Positions 63,755 to 64,000 of a stretch of 64,000 bases of DNA are shown here, in pieces. The position numbers and the translations under genes were made by a program. Each line of letters starts with the position of its first letter. Position 1 is the first letter of the stretch. Below the pieces are notes generated by a model that worked only from the letters and a program-made list of their open reading frames with translations, did no database searches and was not told the origin of the DNA. The stretch lies in NCBI RefSeq assembly GCF_006345805.1, contig NC_042998.1, positions 82,460,001-82,524,000 of the forward strand. The letters run 5' to 3'. This DNA is from Octopus sinensis (Eukaryota).

Positions 63755-64000
63755 TGAAGGCGCATGGCCTAGGGGTTAGGCTGTTGCACTCACGCTCGCT
63801 AGATCATGGATTCCATTCCCTAATTGGCCGGCGTCGTGTTGTGTTCTTGAGCAAAACACGTCATTTCCCGTTGCTTTAGTTTCCTTTTCGATCAGGAGGG
63901 AATGTTGGCCTGCTCGCCTAGCCAGCGGGGTGGCGTCATTTGAAGGTTAAAACAATGCAAAACGCATTGTGACCAGTGATGTGTGACATCTGCTAGCCTG
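63755..64000 (+). mobile_element. SINE (family C), cut by the window end
   Basis: GAAGGCGCATGGCCTAGGGGTTAGG (A-box-like), TTCTTGAGCAAAACAC core-like segment, TGGCGTCATTTGAAGG tail. Confidence 0.65.

Overview
AT-rich, microsatellite-saturated animal genomic DNA. The SINE families and repeat style suggest an octopus or other coleoid cephalopod (inference). I could not support any host protein-coding gene; most ORFs in the track are translations of simple repeats. The window is a mosaic of mobile elements: a decayed CR1-type LINE (about 1-2.3 kb); a decayed but apparently end-to-end Helitron (10634-19043) and a complete 238-bp mini-Helitron (44649-44886); R4/Dong-clade site-specific retrotransposons sitting in (TAA)n tracts (21.5-23.3 kb, plus a head-to-tail run of three at 28.1-36.4 kb); Penelope-like elements (23.3-25.7 kb and 58.6-59.2 kb); a TTAA-flanked MITE; fold-back repeats; and many tRNA-derived SINEs. 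The most notable signal is invisible to the ORF track: several unrelated short repeats carry type I hammerhead ribozyme folds, most with self-complementary helix III sequences. These include a fully canonical motif (7667-7711, minus strand) and two copies of a U3-A8 compensatory-core variant (6779-6820, 20859-20902). All calls were made by eye; boundaries are approximate unless exact motifs are quoted.
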